Shown here: positions 39,794-49,246 of the stretch, one piece after another
Layout: every line of letters starts with the position of its first letter
Position numbering within the stretch: the first letter of the stretch is position 1
Source: Myxococcales bacterium
Lineage (GTDB): Bacteria; Myxococcota; B64-G9
Length of the DNA: 64,000 bases
Direction of reading: 5' to 3'
NCBI GenBank assembly: GCA_012798435.1
Contig: JAAZNF010000085.1
Span: 695-64,694 of the forward strand
Program-made: the position numbers and the translations under genes
The notes under the pieces: model-generated
Databases searched by the model: none
What the model was told of the DNA's origin: nothing
Seen by the model: only the letters and a program-made list of their open reading frames with translations

Positions 39794-40411
39794 TCACAGG
39801 ACGATGTCGTATCTGAAGAACAAATTGAACATGAGGTACTCGCCGGGCGAGGCCCACCCCTCGCTGTCGCCATATCCATGAAGGTCTTTGATCGAGCTCA
39901 TACCCACATCCAGGGAGGTCCCGAACGCGAAGTTCTTGCTGAGGAACCGCTCGTAGGAAAGCGACAGTGTGATGCGCCCCGAGTCGAAAAAGCCCCACTT
40001 CTGAAAGATCAAGCCGCCGGCGATCGAAGGGGAAATTCGAATCCGGTTGTTCTCTCCAAACCACACCTGCCAGTACAGGTACAAGGTGAGTTCCGGCTGC
40101 GTCGAGAATCCGACCGTGGTGTTGTCGGCGCCGGCCGGATCTATCGAGCCATACTGCTCCTCGATCCGGCCCTCGATGCCCAACCCGAGAAAATCGAAGA
40201 AGCCCCATTCGAAGGCGGCGCCGAGATAGGTCCCGGCGCCGATGACGTGAGAATCCCCGAGCCAGTGCTCCCCGAACATGCCCAGCGGCTGGCCTTCGCA
40301 ACCGATACCGGCCGTGAACCTGAGCTGGGCCTGGCTGGCCGCGGCCTCCGGCGCGCTCGTCAGCAGAAAGTACAAGGCCATCCCGGCCAGGATCGAGTTC
40401 GTTTTCATCAT
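39794..40411 (-). CDS. Small outer-membrane beta-barrel protein; noticeably lower GC than its surroundings
   Basis: Signal peptide MMKTNSILAGMALYFLLTSAPEAAAS, then alternating beta-strand pattern rich in G, Y and F. Confidence 0.45.
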   Translation of the reverse strand: MMKTNSILAGMALYFLLTSAPEAAASQAQLRFTAGIGCEGQPLGMFGEHWLGDSHVIGAGTYLGAAFEWGFFDFLGLGIEGRIEEQYGSIDPAGADNTTVGFSTQPELTLYLYWQVWFGENNRIRISPSIAGGLIFQKWGFFDSGRITLSLSYERFLSKNFAFGTSLDVGMSSIKDLHGYGDSEGWASPGEYLMFNLFFRYDIVL

Positions 40412-40699
40412 GCACCATCCTTTCATGGGCTTCTTGGAGCCTCCAGGAATCGCCATGACGGAAGGTATTGCAAGGAACGCGCCATCGATCTTCTGGCCCA
40501 CTCTCCATGAAATTCGAGTAGTTGCCTGCCCCCCGACAACCCCTGCCTTGGCCGCCGATAGATTTTGTCACACGTGAGAATCCGAATTTCACAGCTCGTC
40601 GAGCAGGGGTGCCCGAGAAGCCGTGCCGGTATTCGGGCCCCTTTACTTGTTCGCGGCTGTTTGCTAGCGGTAGTGCGAACTCTTGATCGGAGGCGAATC

Positions 40700-42757
40700 G
40701 TGAGCACTAGGACCGCGGTGTTTTTCGTGGTGGTGTCGGCGCTGCTCGGCGGGCTTTGTGCCTCAGGCGCGGAGCCGGTGCGGCCCATGGGAGGCGGCAT
40801 GTTCATATCCGAGAAGGTGGTGGCGGAAGCCCGGGCTCAGATCCTGAAGAAGACCGGTGAGCGCGAGGTGGCCCGACTCGAACGCGGCCTTGCACAGGTC
40901 GCCCGCTTGTGGCGGGAGGAAGACGGCCCGGCCGAGGAGTTCGTACGCTTCTGCACCGAACACTACGCCACCGGGCCCGAGCGGGACGAGCTGTTCGCCC
41001 GCTTCGAGGAGAACCTCGAGGCGGTGACCGGGCACTTCCTCTCGCTCTCCTTGCAACTGCGCCGGCACTTCGACGAGGAGCGCGGTTCGCTGCTGCCGCT
41101 CGATCACCTGCTCACCGGTTGGGACGCCGGGGCGCACGTCAACGAGGATCTGTTCACCGCCAAGATCGCCTTCGTGGCGCTGCTGAACTTCCCGCCGCCG
41201 TCCTTCGAGGAGGTGGTGAAGTCCGGCGAGCGCTGGAGCCGGCGCCAGTGGGCCGAGGCCCGCCTGGGGCAGCGCTTCGCCCACCGGGTCCCCGGCAGCG
41301 TGCAGCAGGCCCTGGCCAAGGCCTACGCCCAGGCGGAGGCCTTCACCGATCGCCTCAACATCCGCATGGACAAGGTGGTGGGCGCGGACGGGAAACCCCT
41401 GTTTCGCGGAGGGTTGCGCCTGCTCTCCCACTGGGGCCTGCGCGACGAGCTCAAGGCCCTGTACGCCGACCCGCAAAAGAACCTGCCCTTGCAGCGGATC
41501 ATCCTCACCATCATGGAGCGCATCGTCCGCCAGGAGATCCCCGAGGCGGTGGTCGACAACGACAAGGTGAGCTGGGATCCGGTGGCGAACACGGTGGACG
41601 GGAAGGCCTCCCCGCGCATGCCGGACACGCGCTACGAACGGTTGCTCGGGGTTTTTGGCGCCCACCAGCTCGAGGATCCCTACTACCCCGACGCCCCCAC
41701 CCACGTGGATCGGCGCTTCCGGATCAATCGCGAGATCCCGGAAAAGGACGTTCAGGCGCTGTTCGAGGCGGTGCTGCGCGCCCCGGTGGGCAAGGAAGTG
41801 GCCGTCCTGATCGAGAAGCGCCTCGGCCGCAAGCTGGAACCTTTCGACATCTGGTACGACGGTTTCAAGGCGCGCGCCAGCTTCGACGAACGAGAGCTCG
41901 ACCGGCGCGTGGTCGCCGAGTACCCGGACGCGGCGGCCTTCGAGCGCGCCATCCCGAGCATTTTGCGCAAGCTGGGCTTCGACCCGGTGGTGGCGGACTT
42001 CGTCGGCTCGCGCATCCGGGTGGATCCGGCGCGCGGCTCGGGGCACGCCTGGGGGCCGGGCATGCGCGGCGATGACGCGCACCTGCGCACGAGGGTCCCC
42101 GCCGGCGGCATGAACTACAAGGGCTTCAACATCGCCATGCACGAGCTGGGGCACAACGTCGAGCAGGTGCTCTCGCTCTACAACCTGGACCACACCCTGC
42201 TCCAGGGCGTGCCCAACACCGCCTTTACCGAGGGCTTCGCCTTCGTGTTCCAGGCCCGTGACCTGTTGGTATTGGGGCTCGACAAACCCGACCCTTCCGC
42301 CGAGGCCCTGCGGGTGCTGGACGACTTCTGGATGACCCGCGAGATCGCCGGGGTGGGCCTGCTGGACATGCGGGTGTGGCGCTGGATGATCGCAAACCCC
42401 AAGGCCACGCCGGCCGAGCTTCGCGAGGCGGTGGTGAAGATCGCGAAGGAACTGTGGAACGACTTCTACGCGCCGGTGTTCGGGGTGAAGGATAGTCCGA
42501 TCTTGGCCATCTACTCGCACATGGTGAGCAACGGGTTGTACTTGCCCGACTACCCGCTGGGGCACATCATCGCCTTCCAGGTGGAGGACTACTTCAAGAG
42601 CCGTCCGCTGGGAAAAGAGATGGTGCGCCTGTGCTCCCAGGGCAGCGTCGCCCCCAACGTGTGGATGAAGCAGGGGGTGGGCGCGTCCATCTCGGCCGAG
42701 CCCATGCTGAAGGCCGCCCGCGCGGCGGTGGCAGAGCTGAAAAAGAAAACCCGCTGA
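40700..42757 (+). CDS. Secreted gluzincin-type zinc metallopeptidase (HExxH plus downstream Glu; M2/M3-like, family uncertain)
   Basis: GTG start after GGAGG. Signal peptide VSTRTAVFFVVVSALLGGLCASGA. Zinc-binding motif IAMHELGHNVEQ with TEGFAF about 25 residues downstream. Confidence 0.45.
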   Translation: MSTRTAVFFVVVSALLGGLCASGAEPVRPMGGGMFISEKVVAEARAQILKKTGEREVARLERGLAQVARLWREEDGPAEEFVRFCTEHYATGPERDELFARFEENLEAVTGHFLSLSLQLRRHFDEERGSLLPLDHLLTGWDAGAHVNEDLFTAKIAFVALLNFPPPSFEEVVKSGERWSRRQWAEARLGQRFAHRVPGSVQQALAKAYAQAEAFTDRLNIRMDKVVGADGKPLFRGGLRLLSHWGLRDELKALYADPQKNLPLQRIILTIMERIVRQEIPEAVVDNDKVSWDPVANTVDGKASPRMPDTRYERLLGVFGAHQLEDPYYPDAPTHVDRRFRINREIPEKDVQALFEAVLRAPVGKEVAVLIEKRLGRKLEPFDIWYDGFKARASFDERELDRRVVAEYPDAAAFERAIPSILRKLGFDPVVADFVGSRIRVDPARGSGHAWGPGMRGDDAHLRTRVPAGGMNYKGFNIAMHELGHNVEQVLSLYNLDHTLLQGVPNTAFTEGFAFVFQARDLLVLGLDKPDPSAEALRVLDDFWMTREIAGVGLLDMRVWRWMIANPKATPAELREAVVKIAKELWNDFYAPVFGVKDSPILAIYSHMVSNGLYLPDYPLGHIIAFQVEDYFKSRPLGKEMVRLCSQGSVAPNVWMKQGVGASISAEPMLKAARAAVAELKKKTR

Positions 42758-42767
42758 AGCCAGGTTC

Positions 42768-43307
42768 TCAGAAGCGCCAGTGCAGGGCGAGCCCGTTTCC
42801 GGTGGGGACGAGGCGCAGGCCGGCGGTATTGTCGCTCAGGTTGTTGTTGCGCAAGTCCTCGGGGCCGGGGAGGGTGGCCAGCAGCACGATGCCGGTGATG
42901 AGCGCCGCCCCGCCGGCGATGGTGGCCATCAGGAAGCCCCAGGCCTGCGGATCCTCCTTGTAGGCGATGTCGGCGCCGTAGATGATGGTGGCCTCGATGG
43001 GCACGGTGAGCAGACCCAGCGCCAGGCAGGCCCAGCCGGCAGTGCGCCGCGCGGTGCGGCTTGTGTCCATTTCTTTCCATTGCTCCAGCGAGGCCTGGTA
43101 GCTCACCGCCAGCGCGTACTCGGCGGGGTCCAGGCCGGCGGCGTTCCACTCGTCCTTGGTCGGTGGCTGATAGCCGGAGGCCGGAGGCGGCGGGGGCGGT
43201 ACGGCCTGGGGATCCTCAGCGGTGATGGAGGTGACGCCTTCTTCCTGACCGAGCGCGGCGAGGGGCGAGAGCAGCAGAAGAGACAGGATGAGGATGGTCA
43301 GACGCAT
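42768..43307 (-). CDS. Hypothetical secreted/membrane protein with Pro-rich segment and C-terminal TM helices
   Basis: Signal peptide MRLTILILSLLLLSPLAALG, PPPPPP linker, hydrophobic C-terminus. Confidence 0.35.
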   Translation of the reverse strand: MRLTILILSLLLLSPLAALGQEEGVTSITAEDPQAVPPPPPPASGYQPPTKDEWNAAGLDPAEYALAVSYQASLEQWKEMDTSRTARRTAGWACLALGLLTVPIEATIIYGADIAYKEDPQAWGFLMATIAGGAALITGIVLLATLPGPEDLRNNNLSDNTAGLRLVPTGNGLALHWRF

Positions 43308-43375
43308 GGGCGGTCCTCCCTTCGAGTACATCTGATTCTAGCCGCTCGCGTGCCAAAGACAAGAATGCGGCCGGT

Positions 43376-44782
43376 TCAGTAGCGCGCCTCCAGCGAGGTG
43401 GAGAGCAGCAGCACCCGCGAGCGGTAGCTGCCGTTCAGCGGTGACTCGAGCGCGTTGCCGCGGACGTCGTTCTCCAGGTAGAAGATGGCGTTGGTGCCGA
43501 CGGTGAAAAACAGCCGCGGCATGGCCGGCGCGCATCCGCTGAGCGCCTCCAGCAGACCGCTCAGGTCGAGGCGGGTGCCCAAGGCCAGGCCGATCTTCAG
43601 CGAGTCGAAGATGTCCGCCCCTTGTGCCTGGTCCGGGATGGCGTTCTCGTCGATCCCCACCCCGCCGAAGAACATCCACCACGGCACGGGGAACACCCGT
43701 GCCCCGAAACGCACGTCCAGCGTGTCCCGGTACTGGCGATGGCTGATGAACTCCTTCTGCTCCGAGAGCAGCCTCCCCGCCAGGCCGCCGATGTCGGGGA
43801 AGGCGAGCTCGTGCACCCGGATGCCGGTGAACTGCGACCAGGCCACGTACTCGAGGTTCAGGCGCAGCACCAGCCAGTCGGTAAGGTCTACGTGGACGCC
43901 GGCGCGCAGGGCGGCGGGCAGCACCAGCGCCATGCGCGCGTGCGACTCGACCGTGTCCGCCTGTCCCGTCGGCACGAACAGCGGCGGCAAGGTGACGCGG
44001 GCGGTCCCGGAGAGGTCGAGCTCGGCGCTGCTGGTGAAGCTGAGGCCGATGCGGAGCCATCCGGCCGGCAAGAGCAGCAGGCCCACCGACCAGCCGGGGT
44101 CGTCGCCGCTGAAAGAGAGCGCGCTCACTGCCGAGGTGGCCAGCGTCTCGGGCGGATAGAGCCCCGAGCCGACGTCGAGCAATCGGGTGAGGGCGAGCCG
44201 GGTGTGGATCCACGACACCCCCGCCCCGAAATACACCCCCTCGGCGAGCCTCAGCGACACCGTCGGGGTGAAGAAGTACGTCTCCAGGTTCCCGGAGAGC
44301 GCCTGGTAGGCCTGGGCCGGCGCCGCCTGGTCGGGCGGGGCCTTGGCCCGCTCGGCCGCGACATCCCAGGCGGGCCAGTCGGAGCGGTTGCCGTAGGGGA
44401 CGTAGCAGCCGAAGCCCAACGTGAGCCACTCGTGGCGCGGCAGCTTCCAGGTGAGCGCGGCCATGGGCATGACCGCGAAGGTCGCAAGTTTCCCCGGGTC
44501 GGGCTTGCGTATGCCAGGGTCGAAGCCCGGGTCCCAGGCGCGTTCGAAGGACGCCTCGCGCCAGATCCAATTGGCGTCGAGGAAGACGCTCGCGCCGTCG
44601 ATGGCCCCGGTGGCCGCGGGGTTCCAGAAGGTGGCCGCCCCGTTGGGCTCGGTGGGGCCAGAGAGGTCGCCGCCCATCTTGGAGACCATGAACCCCGAGG
44701 CCGAGGCCGGGTCGAACCCGAGGACGGCGGGGCCCAGGACGAGCGATGCCAGAAGGACCGCCAGGAAAGGGCGTCTTTGCAT
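43376..44782 (-). CDS. FadL/OmpP1/TodX-family outer-membrane hydrophobic-compound transporter
   Basis: Signal peptide, then ATFWNPAATG (the FadL NPA hatch motif), about 440 aa mature beta-barrel pattern. Confidence 0.6.
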   Translation of the reverse strand: MQRRPFLAVLLASLVLGPAVLGFDPASASGFMVSKMGGDLSGPTEPNGAATFWNPAATGAIDGASVFLDANWIWREASFERAWDPGFDPGIRKPDPGKLATFAVMPMAALTWKLPRHEWLTLGFGCYVPYGNRSDWPAWDVAAERAKAPPDQAAPAQAYQALSGNLETYFFTPTVSLRLAEGVYFGAGVSWIHTRLALTRLLDVGSGLYPPETLATSAVSALSFSGDDPGWSVGLLLLPAGWLRIGLSFTSSAELDLSGTARVTLPPLFVPTGQADTVESHARMALVLPAALRAGVHVDLTDWLVLRLNLEYVAWSQFTGIRVHELAFPDIGGLAGRLLSEQKEFISHRQYRDTLDVRFGARVFPVPWWMFFGGVGIDENAIPDQAQGADIFDSLKIGLALGTRLDLSGLLEALSGCAPAMPRLFFTVGTNAIFYLENDVRGNALESPLNGSYRSRVLLLSTSLEARY

Positions 44783-44833
44783 CGGTCCAATATATCCCGG
44801 CACCCCCGCTGGCGCCAAATTCCGCGCCGCGCG

Positions 44834-44920
44834 TAGCCTTCGCTCGGCTTGTCGCCGGGTCTGCCTCCGCCCAACCTGTGCCGTCAAGGGTTTTCAATCG
44901 CTTCGCTCGCCCTTGACGGA
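44834..44920. repeat. Copy B of a dispersed intergenic repeat (TAGCCTTCGCTCGGCTTGT ... stem-loop containing CGCTTCGCTC)
   Basis: The 19-mer TAGCCTTCGCTCGGCTTGT is identical to the one at 59209-59227. A hairpin CCGTCAAGGG-(20 nt)-CCCTTGACGG encloses the TCGCTTCGCTCG motif. Confidence 0.5.
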
Positions 44921-45065
44921 GGTCGGGCTGCGGCTGAGATCGCTGACATGAGGAGCATGCAGGCATGCTCCTCTCTGCACAGGAGGATTTCCTGTTCATT
45001 GATGGCAGGTCTTATCCCGGCCTTTCCTTGTTCGTGAGTGTTTCCCGGTTCTTTCCTGGGTGTTC

Positions 45066-45086
45066 ACGGGGGCAAAGCCCCCGTGC
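45066..45086 (-). terminator. GC-rich hairpin CACGGGGGC-AAA-GCCCCCGTG about 40 nt downstream of the cydB stop (candidate terminator without a U-tract)
   Basis: 9-bp perfect stem with a 3-nt loop, but no U-tract follows it. Confidence 0.35.
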
Positions 45087-45122
45087 TATCTGCCCGTGGC
45101 GTGGCTGAGTCAGGCGAGGGGG

Positions 45123-46148
45123 TCAGTAGCTGGACTCGGGGTCGAGCGACTTCTCGTCCAGCGTCTCGCGGAACCTGTAGTACACCCAGGTCTGGTAGCC
45201 GATGACCAGCGGCAAGAACACGATCACCACGCCCAGCATGATCTTGAGCGTGAGCGGGCTGGAGGCGGAGTTGAAGGCGGTGATGGAGGCGGCGGGATCG
45301 AGGCTGGAGGGCAGCAGCTCGGGGTAGCGCCCGGCCACGCCGAACAGCGCCGCCCCCATGACGAGCGCACCGCTCGAGAACCACGCCCGCCAGGGGGCGC
45401 CGCGCGCGGCGAACACGCGCGTCATCACCAGGCCGGCGAGCGCCAGCGCGGGTAGAACCAGCAGGTAAGGCCGCGACAGCACGTTGTGCCACAGGGGCGT
45501 GGTGAAGCCGGTGGTCACCAGGAAGGCCGCCGACAGCACGGCCGCGGCGGGCCACAGCATCCTGGCGGCGCGGTCCGTGCGGGCGCGCAGCTCGCCCTGG
45601 CTGCGCGTGGCCAGCCAGTTCGCGCCGTGGAGCATAAACAGCGTGACGAACAGCGCCCCGCCCAGCAGGCCATAGGGGTGGAGCAGGGTGAGCAGGTTGC
45701 CTTGGAGACGCCCGCCGGCGTCGAGCGGAATGCCCGAGAAGATGTTGGCGAAGGCGACGCCGAAAAGCAGCGCCGGCACGAAGGAGCCCACGACCAGGCA
45801 GCCGTCCCACACGGCGCGCCAGCGAGGCGAGTCCACCTTGGCGCGGAACTCGAAGGCCACCCCGCGCAGGATGAGCGCGAACAGGAGGAGCAAGAGCGGG
45901 GTGTACAGGCTCGAGAACATCACCGCGTAGGCGCGCGGGAAGGCGGCGAAGGTCACCCCGCCGGCGGTGATCAGCCACACCTCGTTGCCGTCCCAGAACG
46001 GCCCCATGGCGTTGACGATGACCCGCTTGTCCCCCTCGCTCCGAGCCAGGAACGGGAGTAGCGTTCCCAGCCCCAGGTCGAATCCGTCCAGGGCGAAGTA
46101 CACCGCCCAGGCCAAACCCCAGATCGAAAACCAGATGGTTTCCAGCAT
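45123..46148 (-). CDS. cydB: Cytochrome bd ubiquinol oxidase subunit II
   Basis: MLETIWFSIWGLAWAVYFALDGFDLGLG and 8-9 TM helices; follows cydA. Confidence 0.85.
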   Translation of the reverse strand: MLETIWFSIWGLAWAVYFALDGFDLGLGTLLPFLARSEGDKRVIVNAMGPFWDGNEVWLITAGGVTFAAFPRAYAVMFSSLYTPLLLLLFALILRGVAFEFRAKVDSPRWRAVWDGCLVVGSFVPALLFGVAFANIFSGIPLDAGGRLQGNLLTLLHPYGLLGGALFVTLFMLHGANWLATRSQGELRARTDRAARMLWPAAAVLSAAFLVTTGFTTPLWHNVLSRPYLLVLPALALAGLVMTRVFAARGAPWRAWFSSGALVMGAALFGVAGRYPELLPSSLDPAASITAFNSASSPLTLKIMLGVVIVFLPLVIGYQTWVYYRFRETLDEKSLDPESSY

Positions 46149-46158
46149 GAGCGTCTCC

Positions 46159-47466
46159 TCAGGCCGCCGCGGGCGGGCCCTTGCGCGCGAACTTTACGAG
46201 TAAAAAGAAGTCCACCGCCCCGAGTAGCGCGTACACCAGAAAGAACGCGCCCAGCGAGATCGCCACCTGGCTCGCTTCCAGCGGCGAGCCGGCGTCGGCC
46301 GTGCGCATCATGCCGTACACGATCCACGGTTGCCGGCCCACCTCGGTCACGATCCAGCCGAGCTGGTTGGCCAGGTACGGCAAGGGGATCATCCACGGCA
46401 GCAGGCGCAGCAGCCGGCCGGCATCCCCGGGGCGCCGGCGCCGCCAGAACGCCCACAGGCCGAAGAGCGCGAACAAGAAGCCTAGCCCCACCATGAGGCG
46501 AAAGCTCACGAACACCGGCAACACCGGCGGGCGATCCTCCCGCGGGAAGTCCCGCAGGCCCTTCACCTCGGTGTCCGGCGAGAACCCGGCCAGCACGCTG
46601 AGGCCGGAAGGCACGCTGAGCGCCTCGACGGCGTTCCTCTCGTTCTCCTCGTCGGGCCACAAGAGAAGGTGCATGGGGGCCGCCGAGCGCGTCTCCCACT
46701 GCGACTCCATGGCAGCCAGCTTGGCGGGCTGGGAGGTGCGCAGGTGGGAGGCGCTCATGTGGCCGAGGCCGATCTCCAGCACCGCGAAGACGAGCGTCCA
46801 CACCGCGGCCAGGCGGAAGGACTTCGAAAAGAACGCCTCCTCGTTCTTCTTGCGCAGGTGCCAGGCGGAGACGCCCAGCACGAAGAACCCCGACAGGATG
46901 TAGGCGCCGGTCAGGGTGTGGCCGATCTCCAGGAGCGAGGCCTTCTGGAACAGGACGGTGAAGAAGTCGTCAAGCTCGGCGCGGCCGTTGCGGATGGCGT
47001 AGCCCACCGGGCTCTGCATCCAGGCGTTGGCCGTCAGGATCCAGAAGGCCGACAGGTTGGAGGCGATGGCCACCAGCCAGATGGCCACCATGTGTAACCT
47101 GGGGGAGAGCTTGTTCCAGCCGAAGAACCACACCGCCAGGAAGGTAGACTCGAGGAAGAACGAGGCGGTGGCCTCGATGGCCAAGAGCGAGCCGAACACG
47201 TCGCCGACATGGGTCGAGTAGCGCGACCAGTTGGTGCCGAACTGGAACTCCAGGGTGATGCCGGTCACCACGCCCACCGCGAAGTTGATGAGGAAGAGCT
47301 TGCCCCAGTACTTGGCCAGCCGCCGGTACTCGGGATCGCCGCAAAAGACGAACTTCGTCTCGAAGATGGCCACCAGCAGCGACAGCCCCAGCGTGAGGGG
47401 CACGAACAGGTAGTGGAAGCAGGCAGCCATCCCGAACTGCAGCCGCGATAGCAGCACCACATCCAT
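46159..47466 (-). CDS. cydA: Cytochrome bd ubiquinol oxidase subunit I
   Basis: MDVVLLSRLQFGMAACFHYLFVPLTLGL and the Q-loop GRQPW. Start chosen at MDVVLL (47466). Confidence 0.85.
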   Translation of the reverse strand: MDVVLLSRLQFGMAACFHYLFVPLTLGLSLLVAIFETKFVFCGDPEYRRLAKYWGKLFLINFAVGVVTGITLEFQFGTNWSRYSTHVGDVFGSLLAIEATASFFLESTFLAVWFFGWNKLSPRLHMVAIWLVAIASNLSAFWILTANAWMQSPVGYAIRNGRAELDDFFTVLFQKASLLEIGHTLTGAYILSGFFVLGVSAWHLRKKNEEAFFSKSFRLAAVWTLVFAVLEIGLGHMSASHLRTSQPAKLAAMESQWETRSAAPMHLLLWPDEENERNAVEALSVPSGLSVLAGFSPDTEVKGLRDFPREDRPPVLPVFVSFRLMVGLGFLFALFGLWAFWRRRRPGDAGRLLRLLPWMIPLPYLANQLGWIVTEVGRQPWIVYGMMRTADAGSPLEASQVAISLGAFFLVYALLGAVDFFLLVKFARKGPPAAA

Positions 47467-47670
47467 GGGCACCTCCTTGGCGCGAAAGCGCTCGGCACAG
47501 TCGCGGCGCTCGCAAAGATATTTGCGACAACCGCTATCTCGATAGCTCGGTTGCGGTACTCGCGTCAACTACAAACGGGCGGCGGCCGCTGTCCGCTCGT
47601 GGACGTCGGGTTGACCCCGGCCCGGCCCGGTGACACACTGCGCCTCAGGTGGGGATGGAGGTGATCCGGG

Positions 47671-48255
47671 ATGCGGCCGCGCACCGCCGCCGTGCTGGCG
47701 TGGATGTTGCTCGGGCTGTGGCTTGCTCCGGCCTCGGCCGGTCCGGCCAAGAAGCCACCCTCCGAGGTGCCGGATCTCGGCGAGTACGTGGACGAGAGCT
47801 TCGGCCCGGATCTCTTCGGGCACGTCCTGCTGCACTTTTCCGAGCACTCCTTCGGGTTCGGGGGCGGGGCGCGCTTCGCCTGGCCAATCTTGCCGCGCGG
47901 GTTCTTCGCCCACGAGAGAGTTTTCGACGCCCTGCACCTCGAGCTCACGGTGGAGGTGAGCCACTTCTTCTGGAGCGCGTCGGGCGTGCGCCACCGACAG
48001 ACGGGCCTGCTGCCGTTGCTGGGCGCGCGCTACCAGGTGTACCTCGCCCAGCGCCTCGCCGTCCTGGCCGCGGCCGCCCTGGGCGTGGGACCCCAGTGGA
48101 CCTCGGGCACCCAGGACGAGTCTTCGGCGCGCTTCGCCTGGAGCGCGGTGATCGGCGTGCTCTACGACATCGAGCCCGGCTGGATGGCGCGGCTGGAGTG
48201 GGGGTGGGGGACGTACCGCGACGAGCTGCGCCTCGGCGTCGGGGTACGCTTCTAG
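47671..48255 (+). CDS. Small outer-membrane beta-barrel protein
   Basis: Signal peptide MRPRTAAVLAWMLLGLWLAPASAG, amphipathic strands, C-terminal ...RLGVGVRF. Confidence 0.45.
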   Translation: MRPRTAAVLAWMLLGLWLAPASAGPAKKPPSEVPDLGEYVDESFGPDLFGHVLLHFSEHSFGFGGGARFAWPILPRGFFAHERVFDALHLELTVEVSHFFWSASGVRHRQTGLLPLLGARYQVYLAQRLAVLAAAALGVGPQWTSGTQDESSARFAWSAVIGVLYDIEPGWMARLEWGWGTYRDELRLGVGVRF

Positions 48256-49089
48256 CTATTTGCCGTCGCACACCGGGGCGGGTTTGCTGCACAGGTCGTT
48301 GTCGCCGCAAGTCAGGCCCGCCTGGCACTCGTTGCCGCCGCAGGCGGCGTTCTCGGGCTTGCGATCCTCGCACTTCTGCGTCGTCGCGTCGCAGTAGTAG
48401 TCGGGCATGCAGGCCGGCTGCACGTTGACCTCGCAGGTGGCGCCCTTGTCCAGTAGGTGCTTGCACACTCCCTCGGACTGCCCGGCCGCCTTCACACATA
48501 CGAAATAGTCGGCGCAATCCAGCGAGCTCTGGCACACGGCGTCGGCGCCTTGCAGGCCCACGTAGAAGTGCTCGCAGGTGTTGAAAAAGGCCACCAGGTC
48601 GTTCTGCCCGGTGCACTCGAGGGCGCGGAAGGCCGAAAGACACGCGCCGGCCTTGGTGGCGTCGTACTGGCCGCGGCCGGCGCTGACCGCGCTCTGCATG
48701 GGCGTGATCACGTACTGCGACAGGATGCCGGAGTAGGTGTTCACGCAGCTCGCCAGGTCGGTCCACTGGCCGTTCTGGATCTGGGCAAGCTCCGTGGGGT
48801 CGCAGCAATCCAGCAGGTTCTGGCAGGCGGCCTCGGCGAAGCCCATGGCGAAATCCGGGAGGGGGAGCTGCTGCGAGCAGGCGGCGGTCTCGAAGGTGCA
48901 GTCCTGCTTGCAGGAGAGGGTGCCGCTGTTGAACCCCTGGGAGCGGCAGGTCTGGGCGGCCAGGTTGGCGCCGTCGCACTGCTCTGTTCCCTCCACCTTG
49001 CCATTGCCGCAGCGGGCCGACTCGCCGCCGCAGGCGGAGAAGAGGAAGGCGGCGAAGCAGAAGCAGGAAAGAAGACAAGTCTTGCGCAT
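48256..49089 (-). CDS. Cysteine-rich lipoprotein with Myxococcus-type cysteine-rich repeat
   Basis: Lipobox AAFLFSACGG. RCGNGKVEGTEQCDGAN matches the myxobacterial Cys-rich repeat consensus. About 30 Cys residues. Confidence 0.6.
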   Translation of the reverse strand: MRKTCLLSCFCFAAFLFSACGGESARCGNGKVEGTEQCDGANLAAQTCRSQGFNSGTLSCKQDCTFETAACSQQLPLPDFAMGFAEAACQNLLDCCDPTELAQIQNGQWTDLASCVNTYSGILSQYVITPMQSAVSAGRGQYDATKAGACLSAFRALECTGQNDLVAFFNTCEHFYVGLQGADAVCQSSLDCADYFVCVKAAGQSEGVCKHLLDKGATCEVNVQPACMPDYYCDATTQKCEDRKPENAACGGNECQAGLTCGDNDLCSKPAPVCDGK

Positions 49090-49246
49090 GACAGCTCCTT
49101 TGTTTTCTTGCGCGACCGGCGGTCGCGGACGGGCACTGCCCGGCGCGTACTATACGATCAATGCAGACCAAGGACAACGGGCCGGTTTTCGTTTGTACGG
49201 CGCGGCGAGCGCAAGTATGATGCGGCGCGGGAGGTGCGAAAGCGGG

